64,000 bases of DNA from Cyanidioschyzon merolae (taxonomy: Eukaryota). Location: NCBI GenBank assembly GCA_000091205.1, contig AP006487.2, one strand, 5' to 3'. The position numbers and the translations under genes were made by a program. Below are positions 43,238 to 55,055 of this stretch, in pieces; position 1 is the first letter of the stretch, and every line of letters begins with the position of its first letter. The notes under the pieces were generated by a model. It saw only the letters and a program-made list of their open reading frames with translations, made no database searches and was not told where the DNA came from.

Positions 43238-44689
43238 ATGGATGCGGATCTGCTCGAAAAAGCCCGAGCACTAGCGGATCCGGCCTACGTTACTGTCGCC
43301 GAAGCCGCCCGCCGAAGTCGCACGGCGCTATTTCGTCAACTCCTTACCCAGCGAAGACTTTTGCCTCAGGGACTCGACGAGCACACCGTTCGTCTATTGG
43401 TCGACGAGCTCGCCGGCCTGGACGCAAACCAGTTTATAGACCAAGCCAACGTCGGCGAGCGCGAAGGCCGTATTTACAGCGAACTCGTGCGGGCGCGCCA
43501 TTTCGGAATGGCGCACGGCATGGGCCGGGCCGGCGACCTGGCTGCCTCGCAGCCCAAGGCCTGCGGTGCATCCATCCTCGTGCGTTTATGCGCGGCGCTA
43601 TTGCTGGATGCGCTCCATGTTGCCGGTTTCAGGAGCTGCCGTCGGGTCGCGCTGCTGCCGATCGCCACCGGCATGGCGATGACGCTGTGCCTGCTGGCGC
43701 TTCGCTGGCAGCGACCCGCCGCAGATCGCGTCCTCTGGATCCGCATCGACCAGAAAGCATGTCTGAAATGCATCAGAGCCGCTGGCTACCAGATTGATGT
43801 TCTGGAAAACAAACTCGATGGCGACCAGGTCGTCACCGATATGGAGGCGTTGGAGAAGCGTCTGGCAGCGAGCGACCCCAGCCGCTACGCTGCCGTCATC
43901 AGCACCACATCGTGTTTTGCGCCGCGTGCCCCTGACCGTGTTGTTGCTATCGCTCAGCTTTGTGCACGTTACGGCATACCGCACCTCATTAACCATGCCT
44001 ATGGCGTGCAGAGCCGCCGCTGCAACGGGCTCGTGTGCGCAGCGTGTCGCCTAGGTCGGGTCGATGCCGTCATTTTCTCGTTCGACAAGAACTTTATGGT
44101 GCCCGTCGGCGGCGCCGGCGTTGCTGGCACCTCCCCCACGTTCATCGAGGCAGTGGAGTCGTTATATCCGGGTCGCGCCTCCGTGGCACCGGTAGTGGAT
44201 CTGTTCATTACACTGCTCCAACTCGGCCGCGACGGCTTCTCGGGACTGCTGCGCGAACGCGAGCGTCGTTTCCAGCGCTTCCAGGCGCAGCTGGCGCCAG
44301 TACTCGCCAAGCACGGCGAACGACTATTGCACACGCCCGATAACCCAATCTCATTCGCAATCAGCCTGGAACACACCATGCTCGAGGGCGGCATCGAGCC
44401 AACGGCGATCGGGAGCATGCTGTACGCGAGGCGCTGTTCAGGGCCGCGCGCCGTGCTCGGCACCGAGCGGCGTCTCGTGCAGGGGGTGCTTCTAGCCGGG
44501 TACGGTGCGCATATCGCGGATTATCCGGTGCCGTACCTCAACCTGGCAGCAGCCATTGGGATCCGGGATATCGACATCGAACGATTCTGTCGCCGCCTGG
44601 ATGAGGTGCTGGGGCAGGTGCGCGGCACTCGCCACGCCTCTGCAGCTAGCGCGGCGCTTGGGCCCCGAGCCGATCCAGGTCCGCCATGA
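43238..44689 (+). CDS. SEPSECS: O-phosphoseryl-tRNA(Sec) selenium transferase (SepSecS; selenocysteine synthase)
   Basis: ANVGEREGRIYSELVRARHFGMAHGMGRAGDLAASQPKACGASIL...IRIDQKACLKCIRAAGYQ...ISTTSCFAPRAPDRV...INHAYGVQSRRC...FSFDKNFMVPVGGAGVAG...SLYPGRASVAPVVDLFITLLQLG is collinear with human SEPSECS, including the PLP-lysine region. The start was set at MDADLLEKARALADPAYV; the longer ORF from 43046 would overlap the upstream gene. Confidence 0.9.
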   Translation: MDADLLEKARALADPAYVTVAEAARRSRTALFRQLLTQRRLLPQGLDEHTVRLLVDELAGLDANQFIDQANVGEREGRIYSELVRARHFGMAHGMGRAGDLAASQPKACGASILVRLCAALLLDALHVAGFRSCRRVALLPIATGMAMTLCLLALRWQRPAADRVLWIRIDQKACLKCIRAAGYQIDVLENKLDGDQVVTDMEALEKRLAASDPSRYAAVISTTSCFAPRAPDRVVAIAQLCARYGIPHLINHAYGVQSRRCNGLVCAACRLGRVDAVIFSFDKNFMVPVGGAGVAGTSPTFIEAVESLYPGRASVAPVVDLFITLLQLGRDGFSGLLRERERRFQRFQAQLAPVLAKHGERLLHTPDNPISFAISLEHTMLEGGIEPTAIGSMLYARRCSGPRAVLGTERRLVQGVLLAGYGAHIADYPVPYLNLAAAIGIRDIDIERFCRRLDEVLGQVRGTRHASAASAALGPRADPGPP

Positions 44690-45761
44690 GGCGCGGCAGG
44701 CGCACCAGTCCGCGGATTCGTGCACCGACGCGACCGTCCCTGCGAATGACGAACGTGAGATCATCGCTCGGTTTCACATTCGATGCACGCGCACACTCTT
44801 CCCGGATCCAGGCAAGCCATTCCTGAGGATTCGCTGGGGTTGCGATCCAGAATGCATTCGCTCGTCTGCGGGCGGCATCCAGGGCAACGAGCCAAGCATC
44901 GAGCACACCTGAAGCAGACCGCGTTTCCGCGCTGGACGGCACTGTAGGCGTTTGTCGGGCCGCGTCCCAGAGGACTGGCACCCAGACAACGCTCCGCTGA
45001 ATGAGTGCATCCGAATGCGGCTCGGCCTGAGCGAGCCACTCGCGCGCTTTCTCCAGACTCGTGACAGTGATGATGACTCGATACTGCCCTCGCAGGGAAG
45101 CGAGGGGAAAGCGCCAGCGAGGTCCCGGCTCCGACTCTAGCTGTAGCGCAGCGAGGCGCGCTCCCTGTTGCATGCGCTCGAGGCGTCGCTTGGCAGCCAC
45201 ATCGTCCCAGCGGTAGAGTGCTGCACAGAGCACACCAGAGGTCACGTCGATACCGAGGTTGCGCGCAGCCTGCCACCAGCTCTCGGTGGCGGTTGCACTG
45301 CCCGTGAGGGCCACCAGGCTACTCAGCGCGATAACGCTGGCGATGGTTGCACTCGCAACGCCGCCGGCATAGAGAAACTGGCGCGCTTTGCGGAACGGTG
45401 CCTCGGCCTCCTCGCGTAGCTGCCGTCGCTGTGCGGCACTGAGCGCAGCACTTGCTGGTGGTTCCCGGATAGTGCGCGCCTCCCGGAGCTGCGGTTTCGG
45501 ATAGCGGCTCTCGGGCTCCGTTCCCTGGTGGCTGCTCACGCTCGCACAGGCAACTGGCACACGCAAGTGCTTCTTGTGTGTAGGCGAGGAGCGTGCCGAT
45601 GGCATAACTGCCGCGGTGCGCGTAGCGCATGCCGCACCATGCACCCACGCGGAGCGCGAGTACCTGCACTGCCGTGTGCACACCGCAGGTACAAAACCGA
45701 ACCACAGCGACTCCACGGTAAAAGCAAGTTGTCTCTGATGACGTGCCGGTCTCGAAACCAT
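44646..45761 (-). CDS. Hypothetical protein with one predicted transmembrane helix; its 3' end overlaps SepSecS by 44 bp (convergent)
   Basis: 371-aa ORF; FLYAGGVASATIASVIALSSLVALTG hydrophobic segment; no confident family. Confidence 0.35.
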   Translation of the reverse strand: MVSRPARHQRQLAFTVESLWFGFVPAVCTRQCRYSRSAWVHGAACATRTAAVMPSARSSPTHKKHLRVPVACASVSSHQGTEPESRYPKPQLREARTIREPPASAALSAAQRRQLREEAEAPFRKARQFLYAGGVASATIASVIALSSLVALTGSATATESWWQAARNLGIDVTSGVLCAALYRWDDVAAKRRLERMQQGARLAALQLESEPGPRWRFPLASLRGQYRVIITVTSLEKAREWLAQAEPHSDALIQRSVVWVPVLWDAARQTPTVPSSAETRSASGVLDAWLVALDAARRRANAFWIATPANPQEWLAWIREECARASNVKPSDDLTFVIRRDGRVGARIRGLVRLPRLMADLDRLGAQAPR

Positions 45762-45983
45762 AAACTTGCAGCGGAGTTTGCTTTAAGTCAGTTCCCCGAA
45801 AGGCGTCGTGCGCTTAACCTGTTGCACAGGCGCACGTGCCAGCACAAAGTGGCAGCGTTATGGATCGGCGCACACCTGCACATAGCAGCGTTCACGTTTG
45901 TACCCGTGGCTGTGCAGCCCAGTGTTGTTGCAGAGTCTGCGTCCAGGAGAGTGCAAGGAAGCGGCATGGAACCGCACACCGAA

Positions 45984-47340
45984 TGAGGTCTCGTGATCGA
46001 GTCATCTACGAGTTTGACTCCGTTCCCGCTAAACTCTGTCTAATAGAAACATACATCGACTGAGGTCTCGTGATCGATTCATCTACAAGTTTGACTCCGT
46101 TCCCGCTAGACTCTGTCTAATAGAAACGTACATCGACTGAGGTCTCGTGATCGATTCATCCACGAGTTTGACTCCGTTCCCGCTAGACTCTGTCTAATAG
46201 AAACATACACCGACTGAGGTCTCGTGATCGATTCATCTACGAGTTTGACTCCGTTCCCGCTAGACTCTGTCTAATAGAAACATACACCGACTGAGGTCTC
46301 GTGATCGATTCATCCACGAGTTTGACTCCGTTCCCGCTAGACTCTGTTTAATAGAAACAAACATCGACTGAGGTCTCGTGATCGATTCATCCACGAGTTT
46401 GACTCCGTTCCCGCTAAACTCTGTCTAATAGAAACATACACCGACTGAGGTCTCGTGATCGATTCATCCACGAGTTTGACTCCGTTCCCGCTAGACTCTG
46501 TTTAATAGAAACATACATCGACTGAGGTCTCGTGATCGATTCATCCACGAGTTTGACTCCGTTCCCGCTAGACTCTGTCTAATAGAAACATACATCGACT
46601 GAGGTCTCGTGATCGATTCATCCACGAGTTTGACTCCGTTCCCGCTAGACTCTGTTTGATAGAAACATACATCGACTGAGGTCTCGTGATCGATTCATCC
46701 ACGAGTTTGACTCCGTTCCCGCTAGACTCTGTCTAATAGAAACATACACCGACTGAGGTCTCGTGATCGATTCATCCACGAGTTTGACTCCGTTCCCGCT
46801 AGACTCTGTTTAATAGAAACAAACATCGACTGAGGTCTCGTGATCGATTCATCCACGAGTTTGACTCCGTTCCCGCTAGACTCTGTCTAATAGAAACATA
46901 CACCGACTGAGGTCTCGTGATCGATTCATCCACGAGTTTGACTCCGTTCCCGCTAGACTCTGTTTAATAGAAACATACATCGACTGAGGTCTCGTGATCG
47001 ATTCATCCACGAGTTTGACTCCGTTCCCGCTAGACTCTGTCTAATAGAAACATACATCGACTGAGGTCTCGTGATCGATTCATCCACGAGTTTGACTCCG
47101 TTCCCGCTAGACTCTGTTTGATAGAAACATACATCGACTGAGGTCTCGTGATCGATTCATCCACGAGTTTGACTCCGTTCCCGCTAGACTCTGTCTAATA
47201 GAAACATACATCGACTGAGGTCTCGTGATCGATTCATCCACGAGTTTGACTCCGTTCCCGCTAGACTCTGTCTAATAGAAACATACACCGACTGAAGTCT
47301 CGTGATCGATTCATCTACGAGTTTGACTCCGGTCCCGCTA
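45984..47340. repeat. 77-bp tandem satellite, about 17.6 copies, with 6-unit (462-bp) higher-order repeat structure
   Basis: Unit CTGAGGTCTCGTGATCGATTCATCCACGAGTTTGACTCCGTTCCCGCTAGACTCTGTCTAATAGAAACATACACCGA. Unit starts at 45984, 46060, 46137, 46214 and so on, period 77. Variant order A-B-A-C-D-E at 46214-46675 recurs exactly at 46676-47137. No ORF is open across the array. Confidence 0.9.
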
Positions 47341-47985
47341 GACTCCATGTTTCGTACGAGGCGCTCGCGAGGATCACCCGCGTGATACTGGGACGCGCTC
47401 GAATGCGTTGCACTCACAGAGCCTCAGTTCTCACTGGTCCCCGTGGGGCATCGTATTTGGGACGGCTTCTGCCGATGCATCATGAATCTAATCGATATAT
47501 GTGTATCTTCAGTCAGCGTGGTGATTGCATCTGTATCGCTCTGCGAGGTGTCTGGGCTCTCCGCGAATGCGTATGGTGCCCGCATCGAAAGTTTCGACAG
47601 ACGGGGTGCCAGTGGTAAAGTGAGGCTGTAACCAGGCTCTTGGAAAGACGCGTTTATCGAACAGCGCTCTGTTCATGATGTAGAACGTGTAAACACGAAG
47701 CTGCAGTCACGACATGTGCTCTGTGAAAAACAACGAGGGCCCAGGTATGCTCTGGGCCATCGCTTGGAGACAGGCTCCCTCATCCTCCATCTGTTTTGCA
47801 CAGGAGAGAGGCCGCATAGTCAAGAGATCAGCGGCCTGACATGTGTACGATGCAAAGGTAGCAGTCAGAGCCTTCTGATCCACCGGGTGTTTCCAGGACG
47901 CCCGGCGCTGCACCTACGGAGCTCGCGCTTGCGCTGGACTCTAGGGTTCAACACCCGTAGCGCTTGTCTGTTTGCGGTCGGTACT

Positions 47986-48600
47986 ATGCTGCGTCTGGCC
48001 GAATGGAAAGACGCACAAACCACAGACGATGCAGACAAAAGTGACGAAGTTCGCAGCACCTCGCAACTGGCGAGCACCCCGCCGCAACCGAGTTCCCAGG
48101 TAGCTGGAGTGCCAACACCCGCGTCGCTACGCTGGCTGAGTCAACAGCGTCTCCAGCAGGACTTGACGGAGCTCGGCGTGACTGCACCGGAACTCGAGCT
48201 GCAGTTTCCGGACCTTTCGGATATCTCCCGGTTTATCGTAACGCTGTCTCCAGCAGAGGGCTGGTACAAGGGTCTGTGCTTTCGCTTTGCGTTTACGGTG
48301 CTGGAGACGTATCCTTTCGAGCCGCCACTGGTTCGCTGCCTCGACGCTGTCTGGCACCCTAACCTGGACGAACACGGTGCGGTCTGTCTGAGTATTTTAC
48401 GTGAGGACTGGCGACCCGTGTATACGCTCGTATCGCTAGTTCAAGGGCTTTTGCACTTGTTACTGGAGCCGAACCCGAACGATGCTCTAAACGCTGCAGC
48501 CGCCGAGATGCTGGTGCAAGACCCCGCCGCCTTTCAGGCTCGTGTTCACCAGCAGGTTCGGGAGCGCCAATACCATTTCGAGAACGCTGCACCTCCATGA
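47986..48600 (+). CDS. UBC12: NEDD8-conjugating enzyme E2 (UBC12/UBE2M)
   Basis: SPAEGWYKGLCFRFAFTVLETYPFEPPLVRCLDAVWHPNLDEHGAVCLSILREDWRPVYTLVSLVQGLLHLLLEPNPNDALNAAAAEML closely matches the UBC12 catalytic core (HPN...CLxILREDWxPV...LEPNP). The in-frame upstream ATG at 47716 would add 90 non-conserved residues; I prefer 47986. Confidence 0.85.
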   Translation: MLRLAEWKDAQTTDDADKSDEVRSTSQLASTPPQPSSQVAGVPTPASLRWLSQQRLQQDLTELGVTAPELELQFPDLSDISRFIVTLSPAEGWYKGLCFRFAFTVLETYPFEPPLVRCLDAVWHPNLDEHGAVCLSILREDWRPVYTLVSLVQGLLHLLLEPNPNDALNAAAAEMLVQDPAAFQARVHQQVRERQYHFENAAPP

Positions 48601-48808
48601 GACATGCAGACCGGAAACGGCTTCCTGCGTCGCTTATGCATATCTGCAGTGTCGCTGGGGCGCAGCTCGCCGGTGTCTGAAGTCTGCGCACTTTAGACGC
48701 TGCCGCCGAAAGCATTTCCAGTCTGGAAGGGTGGCTCGTTCACAAGCTATGGCCAGCGTACACCAATGCAGGATCCGCTCACGATACCGTGCGAGTGTCA
48801 GCGCGCAA

Positions 48809-50395
48809 CTAGCCGTACTGTGTGCTTCCCAGCAGGACGTCGCTTCGCGCTGCAGATGTGGATGCTCCGAGGTCAACGAATTGTGTGTCCAGAAAAGTTT
48901 CGAGCGGCAGCTGCTGTTCCGTTGCCGCTAAAAGCCAATCTATTCGATATGCTCGCGCATATCGACACCGAAACCACGCCGTCACCGGAGGTGTCAGCGC
49001 TTCCTTCATGCCGATCAGGCTGCCGATTTCGAGACGACCATGCGTTTCATTCAGATTCTCTTGTCCTGGAGCGGATCGCATTTCTACGAGGAACCACGGC
49101 AACGCTGGCCCATTCATCTGGGCATCCGTCGCACCAGCGGTATCGCCAGGAGCATCTGATGTATCCCACGGTTCGAGCGCATTTCGCTCAAAGCGAGGAC
49201 ATCCGCGACCTTTCCACACCATCCATCGATGTTCTTCGTCTTGGCAAATATGTCGAAGTACATGGAGAGAACGAGGACTCGTTAGGTGTTCCAGTCGCTG
49301 CCATATCATTTTCCGCAATGAAACCCATGAAGGATGGTCAACGCGCAGGCTAAACATCCAAATCCGTAACAAAAGCAAGAGCTGGAAACAGTCATCCGTG
49401 CGAAGTTGCTCCAGAAGGCTGGCGTCGAGAGCGCCCACCGCACAGGCCTCGACCCAGTTGTAGGTTTGGATGAGCGATCGCTGAACACCAGCGAAATGAA
49501 TCGATCGATGCCAACTCGATATGTCGGAGCTCTTGTCTTCAACGCCATCGCCAGGTGCAGGGAGAAAATCAGTCAGAACGCGGCTGGCGTCAGTTGCGTC
49601 CACAGGAACGTTACCTCCGAGCATCCGCAACAGAGCTGCAAGTGCAGTCGGACTCGGTGCCATGCTCGGCTGCTGCTCCGGGCGAGTAGATTCCGTGCTC
49701 ATTCCCTGCGTAGAAGCATGCGTTCGCTTCTGCTGATCATCAGAGTGATTCGTTGTGTCTGCGTGGGACTGCTCGGGACCAGACATCGTTATCGTCGTCG
49801 TTTTGGTAATATCCGCCTTTGTATCTGTTTCATTGGTCGAGCGCGATGATCTGGATATAAATGCTGACGCGTGGAGCGCCGCTCCCTCTTTTTCAACGTT
49901 CGGGATCTGCCGAGGCCAGTGCGAACCCGGTGCCAGAGAAGCATACGCATTCCGCAAGTTCACGTGCGAGCGATCGTCAACTGGTAGCGCTGCACTCAAC
50001 AGTCGCATAGCTCGAGCACGCAACTGCCAGTCCCGCATTCCAGAAGTGCGAGCCATGAGTCCACGCCAGAGCGCTCGAATGAGCGTCAGACCCTCCCGCG
50101 GTGTCAACGGTTCCCCGCGGCGTGCTGCGACGTACCCCTCTAGCGCTTCGAGGACCGACTCAACCTGGGACGCTCGACTGATCGTGACAGGGACCGCTTC
50201 CAACCATTCTTCAATAGTTTTCCAGTCGCCTTGGGCAAGTTGATCACGCAAAAAATCGACCGGGGAGCTCGTAGCGCCATCAGAGGCCGCAGCCGGCGCT
50301 GCCACGAAAACGCTTGCCACTTCGGTCGTCTCCGACCCGGAGGCACGAGACGCTGCGGTTGCTTTTCCTGTGCGTTGCCGTTTGGTCCCGGGCAT
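48809..50395 (-). CDS. Hypothetical protein (528 aa), helical-repeat-like, no confident family
   Basis: Long ORF with moderate codon-position GC bias and no low-complexity dominance; no motif recognised. Confidence 0.4.
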   Translation of the reverse strand: MPGTKRQRTGKATAASRASGSETTEVASVFVAAPAAASDGATSSPVDFLRDQLAQGDWKTIEEWLEAVPVTISRASQVESVLEALEGYVAARRGEPLTPREGLTLIRALWRGLMARTSGMRDWQLRARAMRLLSAALPVDDRSHVNLRNAYASLAPGSHWPRQIPNVEKEGAALHASAFISRSSRSTNETDTKADITKTTTITMSGPEQSHADTTNHSDDQQKRTHASTQGMSTESTRPEQQPSMAPSPTALAALLRMLGGNVPVDATDASRVLTDFLPAPGDGVEDKSSDISSWHRSIHFAGVQRSLIQTYNWVEACAVGALDASLLEQLRTDDCFQLLLLLRIWMFSLRVDHPSWVSLRKMIWQRLEHLTSPRSLHVLRHICQDEEHRWMVWKGRGCPRFERNALEPWDTSDAPGDTAGATDAQMNGPALPWFLVEMRSAPGQENLNETHGRLEIGSLIGMKEALTPPVTAWFRCRYARAYRIDWLLAATEQQLPLETFLDTQFVDLGASTSAARSDVLLGSTQYG

Positions 50396-52506
50396 GCTCC
50401 AGACCTCACTGAAAGCACGTCCGTAACAGTCGCACTGATGGACTTGGCCCTGAAGCGCTCACCGAGACGCAGCGACAGTACGGCTAGGCGCAAGCGCTGC
50501 GCCCTGGCGATGGAGGCGCCCTCACAGAGCCGCTGTGCCAAACTGCCGAGCGACTCTCCCTCTACAAGCAAGATCGAAGCGCCGAACTAGAATTCGGTCT
50601 GACTTGGGGAGTTGCAGACTGTGGTCAGGGAAGAGAGCTTCATCTCTCGGAAGGTGACTGAACACGCCGCAACTGCTCGACCCCGTCTTCTCGCCGGGCA
50701 CGATCACAAGGTGAGAGCCGCGCAACGCTACGGGTATCCAGCCTTGCCCAGAAGGTCGTAGCGACACCTGCAACCTCAATGGTGTGAGATGCATGAGTCT
50801 GAACAGGTTCGCATTGGGTGCTAAAGTGGTTTCGGGGAATACGAAAGGGATCCAGGTTCCTGCAGGTACACTGCTGCTTACGACAACAGTCTGAGTACAA
50901 TTGCTCCGTGGAAGTGAGGCCGCGTCCGTGTCAGCATTATTTGGAACGGGTCGTGCGTCTCTGGCGTATACGCTAAACTTTGACGCTGTTTGCAGTGGCT
51001 TGAACACTGGTCGAGCTGTCTATATCTGCTTCTACTTCCTATTCCTCTCTGTTCCCTCGGATGGAAACGCGCAGGTCTGTCGATTACGTCTAGCTCCGTT
51101 GCCAGCAGTCGAAACATGTTGGTGGCAGCCTTGCAGTCCTGATTTCGCCGCATTCGGCTCTTGTCAACACATCGCAGAGAAAGACAGTAGTTGCGGTCTA
51201 GATTTCGCTTTCCATGTTCATCTTCTTTGGACACAGCGAGGCGCTTCGCAAAAGGTGAAATTCGGCGACGCTCAGGTGCTCCAAGATGTCAAGCACACCG
51301 CTTTTGCCTACGAGGATCATCCCGTGGCGCGTGAACGCTTACTTCATCGCACGCTACATGCCCTTGACGGGAACTAGAGGCTCTACTCGATGCCTTGCTC
51401 CATTTCGGCGCCTGGTACCGCACCTTGGCATCACGGGCTTTTCCTGGGCGATCCCCTTGACGAGTACTCGGTTCGCTGCAGAAGGGATACGCCACTCTAC
51501 TCGATAGAGGATTTGTGGAACGCACTCATGTCTGTCAGAGCACAAGTACTGGAAGGAGAATCTAGGCTGCAGATCGCGTCGAGAAATTTCGATCGGTCTA
51601 TGCTGGCTTGTACACTGCGAGGACGCACGCTCTGCTGGAAGTGATCGCGGCAGTGATTGGATTCCAAATGCAAGACTCTTTGCCACGCAAACGGGCAAGA
51701 TGATAGCCGCTGTGAGCATATTCCGTGAGAGCTATCAAGCTGCAATGGAATCCCGTTTCGTTTACAGGCACGAACATGCAAGTATTCGTATTTCGAATGG
51801 AAACGATTACTGGATGTGACAAGTTCAAAGAACTTTCGGCATGCGCTTGTGAAGAATCCGTCAACGAACGTCGTCAGTTGCGTTACCTAGTCCATCCAGC
51901 GCTGCACATTGCTGCACCTTCGATTCGACTTGGAATCGAAAAATCGAATTCTTGGAGAATGCATGATTTGAGCTTGCTAAACGTCAGGAAAGGAGAACAT
52001 CGGAGGCCTGCACCCATATATTGGATCACGATATCGGTTAGGTAACGAACGCTAGTTCGAGGGCGTCGCCAATGGTCTTGACGCCGGTAACGTCACGAAC
52101 TCCAGTGGGAAAGCGTCGCAGGAGCCACTCCAATGAGACGACCGAAAATCCTCGTTCTACCCATGAATCCAGCATAGCTCTGCCATGCATTTCAATGTCG
52201 TAGCCGTGCAACTAAGAAAAGTTCCGGAAGAAAATCGAAAGGTAAAAATAGATGGACCCGTGCTGTTTTCCATTGTCATCGAACATAGGTATGGCATAGC
52301 GTGGACTCCTGCATGTAGCGACGTCGCCGCCGCCGCCGCCGGCGGTGCGCTTTAGAGACACGCCGAACAACCCCAACGACAAGGCTGCTTCTGTCTGTAG
52401 CGTTTCCGCGTTCTGGTAGCCGTCAACACGTTTCGCTTCGTTCGATGTACAAAGCTTTCGACGGTGCAGCGAACGCTTTCCCGTGTCCATGAAGAAGCGC
52501 TTTTAG

Positions 52507-53592
<1,086 letters not shown>

Positions 53593-55055
53593 AAGCCGGG
53601 TTTTGGCTCAACGGGGTACGAGCGGTGCGCTCTGGAAGAATGATGCGCAGGCGTTGTGCGCGTTCGGCGGCAATCGCTGAAAGTGAAATGTGCAGATAAT
53701 GCAAAGTGTCCAGTCGTCCGATTAGGCTCCATGGATGAATGAGGAAGCGGAAGGCGTCCCTGCCATGGTTTTCCCCAGCGTCTACCAGCTGAGTCTATTT
53801 TGGGCGGCACTACTCGAACGCGTCGGGGGAAAAGACGACCCCAGACTCCGGAAAGGCGCCACAGTGTACACCATTTTGGCTATGTTGTGGCGAATCTCGT
53901 GTATCTGTTCGTGTGGATCCACTTCGGGCTGCAGGCAAAAATGGGTACGTCGCACTAACGCGCTATCCTTCATCCGTGGGTCTGAAACACCACTGCGCGG
54001 GAGATCTTTTCGCCCCGTGGAGCATGCCTCCGATAACTTAAGCTTGTCAAAGACGGAGAGAACCATAGCTTACCTATGTGCGCGTAGGAACGCGTATCTG
54101 CCATCAGCACTAGTCGGGAGAACCTGCATGGACTATGAGTAGCCTTGTGCACGGAGCAAGTTCCCTGAAAAACTACCCACCCATGCCCCCGTGTCAGATT
54201 CAAATGGAACACGAAACCGCTTGCTCTGTCGCAGCCTTTCTATTTTGGCAAAAATTGGTTTAGATATACAGCCCCGGCATTCGAAGTTTATCAGTATGGG
54301 CTAGCGGATCTACGGGTGGTATTCGGATTCTCGGTCACCTTTACGATGTGGCTCTTTCGACGCTTTGCCGCTGGAATTCGTATATTACCGGAACCGAAAT
54401 GATTCGCAATGGCATCGAATCATGATTCGAAAAATAATCGATGTCGTTCCCCAATTCCTATGTACAAGTCTCTGCACTTGTCTTTTGCTATGTGAAGCGT
54501 GCTCTTGTCACGCATTATGCCAAGTTTTCGAGCTTTCTGTTCCAAGGCGACTCGAGGGCACAGCAGTTTGCGCACCTGAATTCACGACGGAAAGAGAAAA
54601 CGACGTCGTCTCTCGACGGCTCTTTCGCAAGGCTCCTCGCGAACATTCACCCCACTGCTGACGTGAAATTATCGATTCCATGCGAACAACATATGCGTCT
54701 CTCTTGTGGCCGTCGACTAGACGAGATTCCACAACAGCTGGAGACCGCTCACGGGATATGCTTGCAGAGGCGCCCATCTCTTTTTTTTTTGCGTGGAGAA
54801 AGACCCCGGACTCCGACTTGAGACATTCCAGAGATCAGTACCAGTGGGGCGTGCGTCGCTGCTTTGCTTGAAGCAAGTGCAGACGAAGCGAAAGCTCTCG
54901 TCCTGGTCTCGAGCCTGCATTCGCTTTTTCATAATTGTTTCATCATGGTCAACATCGGATTCCACAACTCGTCTACAGAATGGAACAGCGTACGCTTGTT
55001 TGTACCGCGGACAGAGTACTCGCCAATGGTATCGCTCAGAAAAAGTTCATGATCG

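Noticed and set aside
45984-47340. Regular direct-repeat array considered as a possible CRISPR-like array
   Set aside because: The copies are contiguous 77-bp units with no unique spacers. The context is eukaryotic nuclear DNA, so it is a satellite or minisatellite, not a CRISPR array.
47716-47985. Upstream in-frame ATG giving a 294-aa UBC12
   Set aside because: The extra 90 residues have no UBC homology and read like promoter/UTR sequence. UBC12 orthologs are about 180-200 aa with an N-terminal extension matching MLRLAEWKD... from 47986.
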